Origin: an uncultured Bacteroidales bacterium
GTDB taxonomy: Bacteria; Bacteroidota; Bacteroidia; Bacteroidales; JBBRXJ01
Length of the DNA stretch: 32,117 nucleotides
Direction of reading: 5' to 3'
Assembly: GCA_964413555.1 (NCBI GenBank)
Contig: CAYPTK010000004.1
Span: 1 to 32,117, forward strand
The first letter of the stretch is position 1. Every line of letters begins with the position of its first letter. The notes under the pieces are model-generated. The model worked only from the letters and a program-made list of their open reading frames with translations. It was not told where the DNA came from and did not search any database. This document shows, one piece after another, positions 9,276 through 16,750 of the stretch. The position numbers and the translations under genes were made by a program.

Positions 9276-9659
9276 TTAGTTTTCGAGATATTTGAAGGGA
9301 AATCCTATCATTTCGGAAAATTCTTCACCAGCTTCTTTCATATCACAATCTTCTTTTTCATAATACCAATTGATGGTAACAGGGAGCCCTTTTTCACTAT
9401 ATTCTACAATAAGATATAAAATATCTGCTAAAAATTTAGCTGAAGAGGAATTAAAATATCCCATTTTAAATGATACAGTGAATGATTCATCTGACTGGTG
9501 TAACGAAACCAATATATCTTCAAGTTTTTCAATGATAGGCTGATAAAATGCCCGGACATCTTCAGGCCTGGAATTGCCTTCAATGAACATTTCTTTGTTT
9601 TCAGGGATAATTAAGACTTTAGGTGTTTTTTCTCCCGGGGAAATTTCAATTCGCTCCAT
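9276..9659 (-). CDS. SiaC-like regulatory phosphoprotein (DUF1987 family)
   Basis: 127-aa ORF. EKTPKV...IEGNSRPEDVRAFYQPII...MGYFNSSSAKFLADIL...INWYYEKEDCDMKEAGEEF follows the DUF1987/SiaC pattern as I remember it (TP.V, G.S.PE, YFN[TS]SS.K, WYYE..D.DM.E.GE). It lies 16 nt downstream of the SiaB-like ORF. Confidence 0.8.
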   Translation of the reverse strand: MERIEISPGEKTPKVLIIPENKEMFIEGNSRPEDVRAFYQPIIEKLEDILVSLHQSDESFTVSFKMGYFNSSSAKFLADILYLIVEYSEKGLPVTINWYYEKEDCDMKEAGEEFSEMIGFPFKYLEN

Positions 9660-9675
9660 ATTTATTTTTTAATGG

Positions 9676-10206
9676 TCAAACACATATTATTATTTTCATT
9701 GTAAAATAATAGCAATCTTTGCAAACATCTTCAAAGTGATAATGAATCTGATTTTCAGACATCCGTCCAATGGTGATAAGGCCGAGGTTTGCACCTCCTT
9801 TAGCTGAGAGGTTTTCTTCCCGGAGTCTTATCTGGTAAAGTTTTTTTATGGCAACTTTATCAGAATGATTTATGTAATCAAGAATATTTTCAAGCTTTTT
9901 TTTGTCTTCATTGCTTACAATGTTTCCACAACTAATTAATACTTCATTAGTATTGTTTTTTATTTCCATTTTAATAAATGAAGGATACTCATCCTCACCG
10001 GTTTGATGTGAAAAATTTTCAAAAGTATGTTTGTGAAGATTTGTCAGGCATTCTTCAATTACAGTATAAATACGTTTAGATATTTTGTAAGAGAATGGTT
10101 CTTTTTGTAAAATGTTTGAACATTCTTTAAGTATACTATCGTTTTTTTTATGATCAAATAGCCCCTTATAAAATATGCCTTTGTTTATCACTGTATCTTG
10201 CATCAA
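9676..10206 (-). CDS. SiaB-like Ser/Thr protein kinase (GHKL/anti-sigma-factor-kinase-like, DUF6272-type)
   Basis: 176-aa ORF directly upstream of the DUF1987 gene, with the same order and sizes as siaB-siaC. N-box-like IEECLTNLHKH and glycine-rich lid AKGGANLGLITIGR resemble SpoIIAB/RsbW-type kinases. Assignment is by motif memory and synteny only. Confidence 0.6.
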   Translation of the reverse strand: MMQDTVINKGIFYKGLFDHKKNDSILKECSNILQKEPFSYKISKRIYTVIEECLTNLHKHTFENFSHQTGEDEYPSFIKMEIKNNTNEVLISCGNIVSNEDKKKLENILDYINHSDKVAIKKLYQIRLREENLSAKGGANLGLITIGRMSENQIHYHFEDVCKDCYYFTMKIIICV

Positions 10207-10279
10207 TTGAACATTTATTAATGTTGGAATAAAAGTAATTGAAATTTTTTATAAATTAAAATAATATTTTTTAAAAAAC

Positions 10280-10287
10280 CAAAATTA
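10280..10287 (-). promoter_or_regulatory. Candidate -7 box (TAATTTTG on minus strand) for the SiaB-like/SiaC-like operon
   Basis: Plus-strand CAAAATTA equals minus-strand TAATTTTG, about 73 nt upstream of start 10206. Confidence 0.3.
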
Positions 10288-10342
10288 TTTTTATTAAATC
10301 TTTTAAAAATCAATAAAATAAGGTAAAAAAATGAAAAATCTG

Positions 10343-10350
10343 TAACTTTG
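10343..10350 (+). promoter_or_regulatory. Candidate -7 box (TAACTTTG) for the HprK-like/sulfotransferase operon
   Basis: Exact TAnnTTTG match 68 nt upstream of ATG 10419, in the 212-bp AT-rich divergent spacer. Confidence 0.3.
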
Positions 10351-10418
10351 TATCAGGGAAAAAATTACTGAAAAATAAAACACGTACAATTATACCGAAA
10401 ATTCAGTGTTTAATAATT

Positions 10419-11342
10419 ATGATAAATTACAAAAAATATTATTACAAAGCGTTTGGCATCAATATAGAGTCGGAGTTGCCGTTTAAAGAACTGGAAGAAG
10501 GGCAAGCCAATCCTCAAGTAAAAATTTGTTTTGCTCGTGTTCCCGGAACTCTTGAAAGCCCGCTGAGTAAAGGAGTACGATTCGAAGCAAAAAAAGGCCT
10601 TTTTCTTTTAAAAATAGATGATGTAGCAAACTATTTAGTGAAAGACGGGCAGGAGATACTCATTGAAAAAAATAATCCCTCTGTTGCTGAAAATGAAATA
10701 CGACTTTTTTTATTAGGGCCTGTAATGGGAGCCTTGTTATTTCAGCGGGGATTACTCCCCATACATGGAAGCGCCATCAAAAAATCCGGCAAAGCAATTA
10801 TTTTTTCAGGCATACCAGGTGCAGGAAAATCAACTTTGGCAACAGCCTATCTGAATAGAGGGGATAGTATCATTTCAGATGATATTAGTGTAATTAATAT
10901 AAATGCCAATAATGTTCCAATGATTTATCCCGGATTCCCACAAATGAAGTTATGGGCAGATACCTTACAGCAGTTTGGAAGCGAACAACAAACAAGACGT
11001 GTCCTTCGCGAGGGAATTCAGAAGTTTGGAATACCTGTTAAAAATGGATATTTTAACCAGCCTTTACCAGTGCAAAAAATTTATATCCTGGGCACGTGTA
11101 ATCAACCTGATTTTATATTCAATACATTGAAAGGGATAGACAAATTCAATGCATTGAAAAATAATACTTACAGGTGGCAGTTTATAAAAGGTTTAGGAAA
11201 AGCAGAAGAACATTTTTCTCTCGTGAGCAGACTGGCAGAACATGTTGATGTTGCCAGGATTACACGGCCCATTGATTCTTTCAGGGTAAAAGAGTTAATG
11301 GAATTGATAAATAATGACCTTAAACATTTACAGAAGGCATGA
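10419..11342 (+). CDS. HprK-like P-loop serine kinase (HPr kinase C-terminal-domain superfamily; lasso-peptide-kinase-like)
   Basis: 307-aa ORF. LLGPVMGALLFQRGLLPIHGSAIKKSGKAIIFSGIPGAGKSTLATAY (P-loop) is followed by SIISDDISVI (the ADD-type catalytic Asp segment of HprK/P). The N-terminal YKAFGINIESELPFKEL matches what I recall of HprK-related kinases in RiPP and exosortase-associated clusters. Confidence 0.7.
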   Translation: MINYKKYYYKAFGINIESELPFKELEEGQANPQVKICFARVPGTLESPLSKGVRFEAKKGLFLLKIDDVANYLVKDGQEILIEKNNPSVAENEIRLFLLGPVMGALLFQRGLLPIHGSAIKKSGKAIIFSGIPGAGKSTLATAYLNRGDSIISDDISVININANNVPMIYPGFPQMKLWADTLQQFGSEQQTRRVLREGIQKFGIPVKNGYFNQPLPVQKIYILGTCNQPDFIFNTLKGIDKFNALKNNTYRWQFIKGLGKAEEHFSLVSRLAEHVDVARITRPIDSFRVKELMELINNDLKHLQKA

Positions 11343-12229
11343 ACGGACCGGGAAAGATTTTTTGGTTGGCGTCATATCCAAAATCAGGGAATACATGGTT
11401 CAGGGTGTTTTTATCAAACCTGTTTTATCAGGATAACCAACCTGCTGATATTAATAATCTTACAATTAGTGTAATGGCGAGTAGCAGGAACGTATTTGAT
11501 GAGGTAACTGGTGTCCCTTCTTCAGAATTAAGCTTCAACGAAATCCTTAATTTACGTCCTGCCGTGTATAAACATCTTTCTTCGCGGGCGAAAGAACCTG
11601 TTTTCCAAAAAATACACGATGCTTATATCACGACTCCCCGGGAAGGCCCGTTAATCCCAAAAGAAGCAACCAAAGGAGTAATTTATTTTATCCGGAATCC
11701 CCTGGATATCGCGGTTTCTTTTGCTTATCATTCAGTGTGCTCATATGATAAGATGATACAGATAATGAATGACCCTGGATATTCATTTTGTGGGAATCCC
11801 CGGAAAATGCATAACCAACTTGAGCAAAAACTTCTTACATGGAGCGGGCATGTGAAAAGCTGGACAGAACAATCCAGCCTTCCTGTGCATATTATAAAAT
11901 ATGAAGATATGATCACCCGGCCATTTGAAACATTTAAAAAAGCCATACAAAAATTGAATTTGAACAAAACAGGCGAAGATATTTCACGTGCTATACAGTA
12001 TAGTAATATTAAGGAGCTTCAAAAGCAGGAAAGCGAAAAAGGGTTTTCGGAGAAATCACCCAAGTCCGGATCTTTTTTCAGAAAAGGTAAGACTGGATCA
12101 TGGAAAGAAGAATTGAGCCAAAGTCAGGTCAACCAAATCATTCGCGATCATCACGAGGTGATGCAACGATTCGGGTATCTGAATTTTAAGGGGGCTTCTA
12201 ATAATTCCTTTCTTTCAAAAAACAAATAG
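11339..12229 (+). CDS. PAPS-dependent sulfotransferase, cytosolic SULT type (Sulfotransfer_1)
   Basis: 296-aa ORF. 5'-PSB SYPKSGNTWFRVFL, 3'-PB YFIRNPLDIAVS, and C-terminal FFRKGKTGSWKEEL (the RKG..G.WK motif of SULT enzymes). ATGA overlap with the HprK-like gene at 11339..11342. Confidence 0.85.
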   Translation: MNGPGKIFWLASYPKSGNTWFRVFLSNLFYQDNQPADINNLTISVMASSRNVFDEVTGVPSSELSFNEILNLRPAVYKHLSSRAKEPVFQKIHDAYITTPREGPLIPKEATKGVIYFIRNPLDIAVSFAYHSVCSYDKMIQIMNDPGYSFCGNPRKMHNQLEQKLLTWSGHVKSWTEQSSLPVHIIKYEDMITRPFETFKKAIQKLNLNKTGEDISRAIQYSNIKELQKQESEKGFSEKSPKSGSFFRKGKTGSWKEELSQSQVNQIIRDHHEVMQRFGYLNFKGASNNSFLSKNK

Positions 12230-12236
12230 AATAAAT
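12185..12236. repeat. Direct repeat copy 1 (52 bp, exact)
   Basis: tttaagggggcttctaataattcctttctttcaaaaaacaaatagaataaat. It covers the last 14 sense codons and stop of the SULT-type sulfotransferase plus 7 nt. Identical base-for-base to 32066-32117; bases 12184 and 32065 differ. Confidence 0.9.
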
Positions 12237-12277
12237 AAGATGCAAGGCATAAATTTTTCATAATAGCCAAAGCTATA

Positions 12278-13102
12278 TTGAAAAATTTCAACAGAATTTT
12301 GTCCTGGCCAATGCTTTTATTGGTTTTGGTATTTTTAGTAGTTGCAAGTAGTTGCAAAAAAGAAGAAGAAGATAAACCGGCCCCGGATTTACCACCCGAA
12401 AGTGCTTTTGTCATGGATTTTTCAGATTTTGATGACGCGAGTGACACGGCAAAAAAATCCAATGGGACGTATCAATATTGGGGAACGGCATTTATTGACG
12501 TGGCAATATGGAACACGATTATTACCTTATCTGCCATTGTTCCGGTAGCTGCATATCAGCATGCCATTACCCAGGATGCAGAATACCTTGGTGACAATAA
12601 ATGGGAATGGAAATTTAATTTCAATGCCGGTGGAAGCAGGCATTCTGCAGTTTTAACCGGGGAACTCAGCAATGAACAGGTAAACTGGGAAATGAAAATT
12701 GATGATTTTACCTGGTATACAGGAACATCACGATATGACAGAACCTCAGGAAGTTGGATTTTATACAAAAGTCCAAGCAATGCATACCAGTTATTGGAAA
12801 TTACATGGCACAGGAACAGTGACGGGACTTCTGATATACGTTACGAAAACATTGTACCTGCAGGATATCCCCAAAATTCTGAAAACGGGGGATATATAGA
12901 ATATGGAATTGTAAATGACACGATTTTTGACGCGTATTACGAAATATATAATAAAGGAGCTGATAATCTGACAAATATTCAATGGAACAGGGAAACACGT
13001 GACGGGCGTATCAGTGATCCTGATGCATTTAATGACAGTGGAGAATGGCATTGCTGGGATTCGAATCTGCAAGACATGGATTCATGTTCTGTTTCTAAAT
13101 AG
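12278..13102 (+). CDS. Hypothetical lipoprotein
   Basis: 274-aa ORF. The TTG start at 12278 gives MKNFNRILSWPMLLLVLVFLVVASSC-KKEEEDKP: a charged n-region, an h-region and a lipobox Cys followed by an acidic/Pro linker. The alternative ATG at 12311 lacks an n-region. No recognisable family. Confidence 0.6.
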   Translation: MKNFNRILSWPMLLLVLVFLVVASSCKKEEEDKPAPDLPPESAFVMDFSDFDDASDTAKKSNGTYQYWGTAFIDVAIWNTIITLSAIVPVAAYQHAITQDAEYLGDNKWEWKFNFNAGGSRHSAVLTGELSNEQVNWEMKIDDFTWYTGTSRYDRTSGSWILYKSPSNAYQLLEITWHRNSDGTSDIRYENIVPAGYPQNSENGGYIEYGIVNDTIFDAYYEIYNKGADNLTNIQWNRETRDGRISDPDAFNDSGEWHCWDSNLQDMDSCSVSK

Positions 13103-13151
13103 TGTTTGTCCATAATGTCCGCTAACACCGGTACAGTCATTCTTCCTTACG

Positions 13152-13177
13152 GGGCATGCTTCGTTACGCATGCCCCA
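13152..13177. other. Perfect 9-bp GC-rich hairpin (ggggcatgc / 8-nt loop / gcatgcccc) inside a locally GC-richer noncoding stretch
   Basis: Read directly: 13152-13160 pairs with 13169-13177. It is not followed by a T-run on either strand, so it is not a canonical intrinsic terminator. Confidence 0.5.
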
Positions 13178-13284
13178 AAATTGCTCATTTACACCAGTAA
13201 ACTGAGCATTTTAGGGCTTCGTGATCCTCGTTATCGAGCTTGATGATCCAAAAACGATTAGTTGCCTGTCCATGGAAAAGAAAT

Positions 13285-13329
13285 AAAAAACCGGGACGTG
13301 TTTAAATAAAAAAACGTCCCGGTTTTTTT
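13285..13329 (+). terminator. Intrinsic (potentially bidirectional) terminator
   Basis: aaaaaa-CCGGGACG-(16-nt loop)-CGTCCCGG-ttttttt. The 8-bp GC-rich stem is 13291-13298 / 13315-13322, followed by a T7 run and preceded by an A6 run. It lies between the lipoprotein gene and typA. Confidence 0.7.
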
Positions 13330-13365
13330 ATGTTGTCAGCCCGGTATTATTATATTTCTTTTAAC

Positions 13366-13373
13366 TATTTTTG
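13366..13373 (+). promoter_or_regulatory. Candidate Bacteroidota -7 promoter box (TATTTTTG) upstream of typA
   Basis: Exact match to TAnnTTTG, 30 nt upstream of the typA ATG and just downstream of the terminator. No convincing -33 TTTG at canonical spacing. Confidence 0.35.
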
Positions 13374-13403
13374 CAGCTTTGAACAATAGCAGGAAATATA
13401 TTT

Positions 13404-15209
13404 ATGGAAATAAGGAACATCGCGATTATTGCACACGTGGATCATGGGAAGACCACTTTGGTTGACAGGATTTTGCACCAGGTAAAATTATTCAGGGAGA
13501 ACCAGGAAGTACAGGATTTAATCTTAGACTCTAACGATCTTGAAAGAGAACGCGGGATAACCATACTGTCAAAAAACGTCTCTGTACGGTACAAAGGAAC
13601 AAAAATAAATATTATAGATACCCCGGGGCACTCTGATTTTGGAGGGGAAGTAGAGCGGGTATTGAACATGGCAGACGGGGTATTGCTGATTGTAGATGCC
13701 TTTGAAGGCCCGATGCCACAGACACGATTTGTATTGCAAAAAGCATTGGAACTGGGATTAAAACCCATGGTCGTGATCAATAAAGTTGATAAACCCAACT
13801 GCAATCCTGAAGATGCAAATGAACAGGTATTTGAATTGATGTTTTCACTGGATGCCAATGAAGAACAACTTGAATACCCCACTATTTACGGATCTTCAAA
13901 AGAAGGATGGATGGGGCCTGACTGGAAAAATCCAACCAATGATGTTTCGTATTTGCTGGATCAAATATTGGATTATTTTGACCCTCCCAGGGAAAATCCC
14001 GGTATATTGCAGCTTCAAATAAGTTCAATTGACTACTCATCATATACCGGACGGATCGCCATTGGCAGAGTCCACAGGGGAACCATCAGGGCAGGAGAAC
14101 ATGTAGCCGTGGTTCAACGGAATGAGGAAATACATCATACATCGGTTAAAGAACTATATCTTTTTGAAGGATTAGGTAAAGAAAAAACAAAAGAAGAAAT
14201 TAAATCCGGAGAAATCGTGGCTCTTATGGGAGTGGATAATTTTGAAATAGGTGATACCATAACAGACGCTGAAAATCCCCAGGCATTAAAACCAATAACT
14301 GTTGACGAACCTACAATGAGCATGTTATTTACTATTAATAATTCGCCTTTTTTTGGGAAAGAAGGGAAATATGTTACATCAAGACACCTGAGAGAACGGT
14401 TATTTAAAGAAACAGAAAAAAACCTGGCATTAAGAGTTGAAGAAACCGAGTCACCGGAAAAACTAATGGTATACGGACGGGGAATCCTTCATTTGTCTAT
14501 CCTGGTTGAAACCATGCGAAGAGAAGGTTATGAGCTACAATTAGGCCAACCCAGGGTAGTTATAAAAGAAATTGACGGGTATAAGCACGAACCTGTTGAA
14601 CTCCTTTATATTGATGTTGACGAAACATTTTCCGGGAAAATCATAGAACTCGTGACCAAACGTAAAGGCGATTTATTGAGCATTAAGAATAAAAATGACA
14701 GGGCAAACCTTGAATTCAAAATACCGGCCAGGGGATTGATCGGGTTAACAAATTTGATTTTAACAGCCAGCGAAGGAGAAGCAGTGATATCTCACAGGTT
14801 TAAAGATTATGAACCCTGGAAAGGAGATATACTCGAAAAACGTAAAGGTGCTTTAATTGCAATGGAAACCGGGACATCTATCGCGTTTTCATTGGATAAA
14901 CTGCAAGACAGGGGAAGATTTTTTGTTAATCCTAATGAACAAATTTATGCGGGCCAGGTTATTGGAGAAAACACCCGGGAAGATGACCTGGTAGTGAACG
15001 TGATAAAAACCAAAAAGCTTACCAACATGCGTGCTGCCGGGTCAGATGAAAAAACATCCATCGCGCCGGCCGTGAAGTTTTCATTGGAAGAATCAATGGA
15101 ATACATTGCTGAAGATGAATATGTAGAGGTGACCCCTGAATCTATACGGATGAGAAAAATATTGCTCGATGAGAATGACCGGAAGAGAAAGAAAAGACAG
15201 GGACACTAA
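13404..15209 (+). CDS. typA: Translational GTPase TypA/BipA
   Basis: 601-aa ORF. N-terminal IRNIAIIAHVDHGKTTLVD (G1), DTPGHSDFGGEVER (G3), NKVDK (G4). Length and the C-terminal RKIL...R basic tail are typical of BipA. Confidence 0.95.
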   Translation: MEIRNIAIIAHVDHGKTTLVDRILHQVKLFRENQEVQDLILDSNDLERERGITILSKNVSVRYKGTKINIIDTPGHSDFGGEVERVLNMADGVLLIVDAFEGPMPQTRFVLQKALELGLKPMVVINKVDKPNCNPEDANEQVFELMFSLDANEEQLEYPTIYGSSKEGWMGPDWKNPTNDVSYLLDQILDYFDPPRENPGILQLQISSIDYSSYTGRIAIGRVHRGTIRAGEHVAVVQRNEEIHHTSVKELYLFEGLGKEKTKEEIKSGEIVALMGVDNFEIGDTITDAENPQALKPITVDEPTMSMLFTINNSPFFGKEGKYVTSRHLRERLFKETEKNLALRVEETESPEKLMVYGRGILHLSILVETMRREGYELQLGQPRVVIKEIDGYKHEPVELLYIDVDETFSGKIIELVTKRKGDLLSIKNKNDRANLEFKIPARGLIGLTNLILTASEGEAVISHRFKDYEPWKGDILEKRKGALIAMETGTSIAFSLDKLQDRGRFFVNPNEQIYAGQVIGENTREDDLVVNVIKTKKLTNMRAAGSDEKTSIAPAVKFSLEESMEYIAEDEYVEVTPESIRMRKILLDENDRKRKKRQGH

Positions 15210-15349
15210 ATAATCTTTTGGGTTGCTGATGTAAATTGTTTCCTGCCTTGGAAAAGCGATCGCGTTAAATTGATAGTTTTTTAACCTGATTATAATTTAA
15301 AGGCATAAAATTTTTATTATTTTTAAACCATTAATCAAATTATAAAAAA

Positions 15350-16045
15350 ATGAAAAAAATATTCACCACCATTATCAGTGCTATTTTATTTGCCGGGGCA
15401 AGTATATTAAATGCCCAGGAATGCACAGTTTATCTCCCTGAAAATGAAGGGACAGTGCTTGAATTTTATAATTATGATAAAAAAGATAAACTCACTGGTA
15501 TTACCAAAACGAAGATAACATCAGTAGAAATAAAAGGAGATACAACATATTATCATGTTCACCAGGAACTTTTGGATGAGAATAAAGAATTAATACATCA
15601 AAACAATTTACAATTTAAATGTTCAGGTGGTAAGTTTTATATTGACATGAATAGTTTATTAGGAAATCAGCAAATGGAAGCCTATCAAGACATGGAAATG
15701 GATATTGAAGTGGAAGAAATGTGGATACCGGGAAATTTAGAAAGCGGGCAGACTTTAGAAGATGGAAGCATTACCATAAATATTAAAGCAGGGCCTACCG
15801 TGATCTCCAATAAAACAAAAATAACAGACAGAAACGTGATGGCGATTGAAGACATTACAACACCTGCCGGGACATTTAATGCTGCTAAAATAACTTCTAA
15901 CATTGAAACCAAAGCAGGATTTGTTACCGTTAAATCCAAGTCAATTGACTGGTATGTTGAAGGGATTGGCATGGTAAGGTCAGAAACATATGATAAAAAA
16001 GATAATCTTACCGGGTACACGGTATTGAACAGCATATCTAAATAG
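15350..16045 (+). CDS. Hypothetical secreted protein
   Basis: 231-aa ORF with signal peptide MKKIFTTIISAILFAGASILNA-QE. Beta-rich composition, no motif I can place. 31 nt upstream of crcB. Confidence 0.6.
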   Translation: MKKIFTTIISAILFAGASILNAQECTVYLPENEGTVLEFYNYDKKDKLTGITKTKITSVEIKGDTTYYHVHQELLDENKELIHQNNLQFKCSGGKFYIDMNSLLGNQQMEAYQDMEMDIEVEEMWIPGNLESGQTLEDGSITINIKAGPTVISNKTKITDRNVMAIEDITTPAGTFNAAKITSNIETKAGFVTVKSKSIDWYVEGIGMVRSETYDKKDNLTGYTVLNSISK

Positions 16046-16076
16046 TAGTTTTGGTGTTTTTAAGGAATATTCAGGC

Positions 16077-16454
16077 ATGATCAGACATCTTATTTATATC
16101 GGGGCAGGCGGATTTATAGGGAGTGTATCGCGATATGTAGTATCTAAATTCATTGACAGGTTTGCCATATCTTCTTTTCCTTTTGGAACGTTAGCAGTGA
16201 ATATTGCCGGATGTTTTCTCATCGGGTTGATTTATGGTTTAACAGAAAAGGGATTTTTGCTTAATTCAGGATTGAGATTGTTTTTGGTTGTTGGCATATG
16301 TGGAGGGTTTACTACTTTTTCAACATTTGCTCATGAAAATATTATGCTCATGAAAAACTCTGCTTTTTTATATACTGCATTTTATATCAGTATGAGCGTG
16401 TTTTTTGGAATGTTGGCAGCTTATGCCGGGAATTTGCTTGTCAAAACATTCTGA
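16077..16454 (+). CDS. crcB: Fluoride ion channel CrcB/FluC
   Basis: 125-aa, 4-TM ORF with GAGGFIGSVSRY, GTLAVNIAGCFLIG and GGFTTFSTF motifs characteristic of CrcB. Confidence 0.9.
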   Translation: MIRHLIYIGAGGFIGSVSRYVVSKFIDRFAISSFPFGTLAVNIAGCFLIGLIYGLTEKGFLLNSGLRLFLVVGICGGFTTFSTFAHENIMLMKNSAFLYTAFYISMSVFFGMLAAYAGNLLVKTF

Positions 16455-16750
16455 TTAGTAGATAAAATGTCCATGATAATGAATTTACACCATATGAATT
16501 TTTAAAGAAAGGGATGTAGGATTTAGAAGTATAGGGATGTTTCCTTACCAAATACAATCCCACACCACCTGTATTACCCGTTTAAACTTATAAACATCCA
16601 ACAACGTTTTGTATTAAATGAAAATGAGTAATTTTTGGACAAACACTCAACCCAGTATTTTCTTAAACATGAGAGTTATATAATATATGGCATAGATTTT
16701 GATTATTTTTTTAAGTTGATTGATTTTAAAATAATAAAAAATAATGTGTC

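Noticed and set aside
2444-12229. Reading the ABC exporter, TPST-like sulfotransferase, HprK-like kinase and SULT-type sulfotransferase together as a dispersed lasso-peptide BGC.
   Set aside because: The core genes (cyclase, leader peptidase, RRE, precursor) are absent. The components are on opposite strands and separated by purB, a beta-barrel gene and the M48 gene. I mention it only as context.
12151-12462. 103-aa minus-strand ORF spanning the sulfotransferase stop and the lipoprotein start.
   Set aside because: It overlaps two better-supported plus-strand genes and is Ser/Lys-rich low-complexity.
13056-13067. gggattcgaatc, resembling a tRNA T-arm/T-loop.
   Set aside because: The flanking bases cannot form the T-stem (tggga versus ctgca), there is no acceptor or anticodon structure, and it lies inside the lipoprotein CDS.
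13442-13882. 146-aa ORF antisense to typA. Similar antisense ORFs occur at 711-980, 1965-2288, 3761-4000, 4463-4732, 7189-7488, 15685-16035 and 17248-17715.
   Set aside because: All lie fully inside, and opposite to, ORFs with unambiguous family motifs. Their translations are low-complexity (Ser/Phe/Leu/Ile-rich mirror images of the sense codons) with no motif.
15210-16076. Looked for a fluoride (crcB-motif) riboswitch upstream of crcB.
   Set aside because: Only 31 nt separate crcB from the preceding gene, too short for the aptamer. In the 140-nt spacer before the upstream gene I could not recognise the conserved pseudoknot elements. An Infernal scan with the Rfam fluoride model would settle it.
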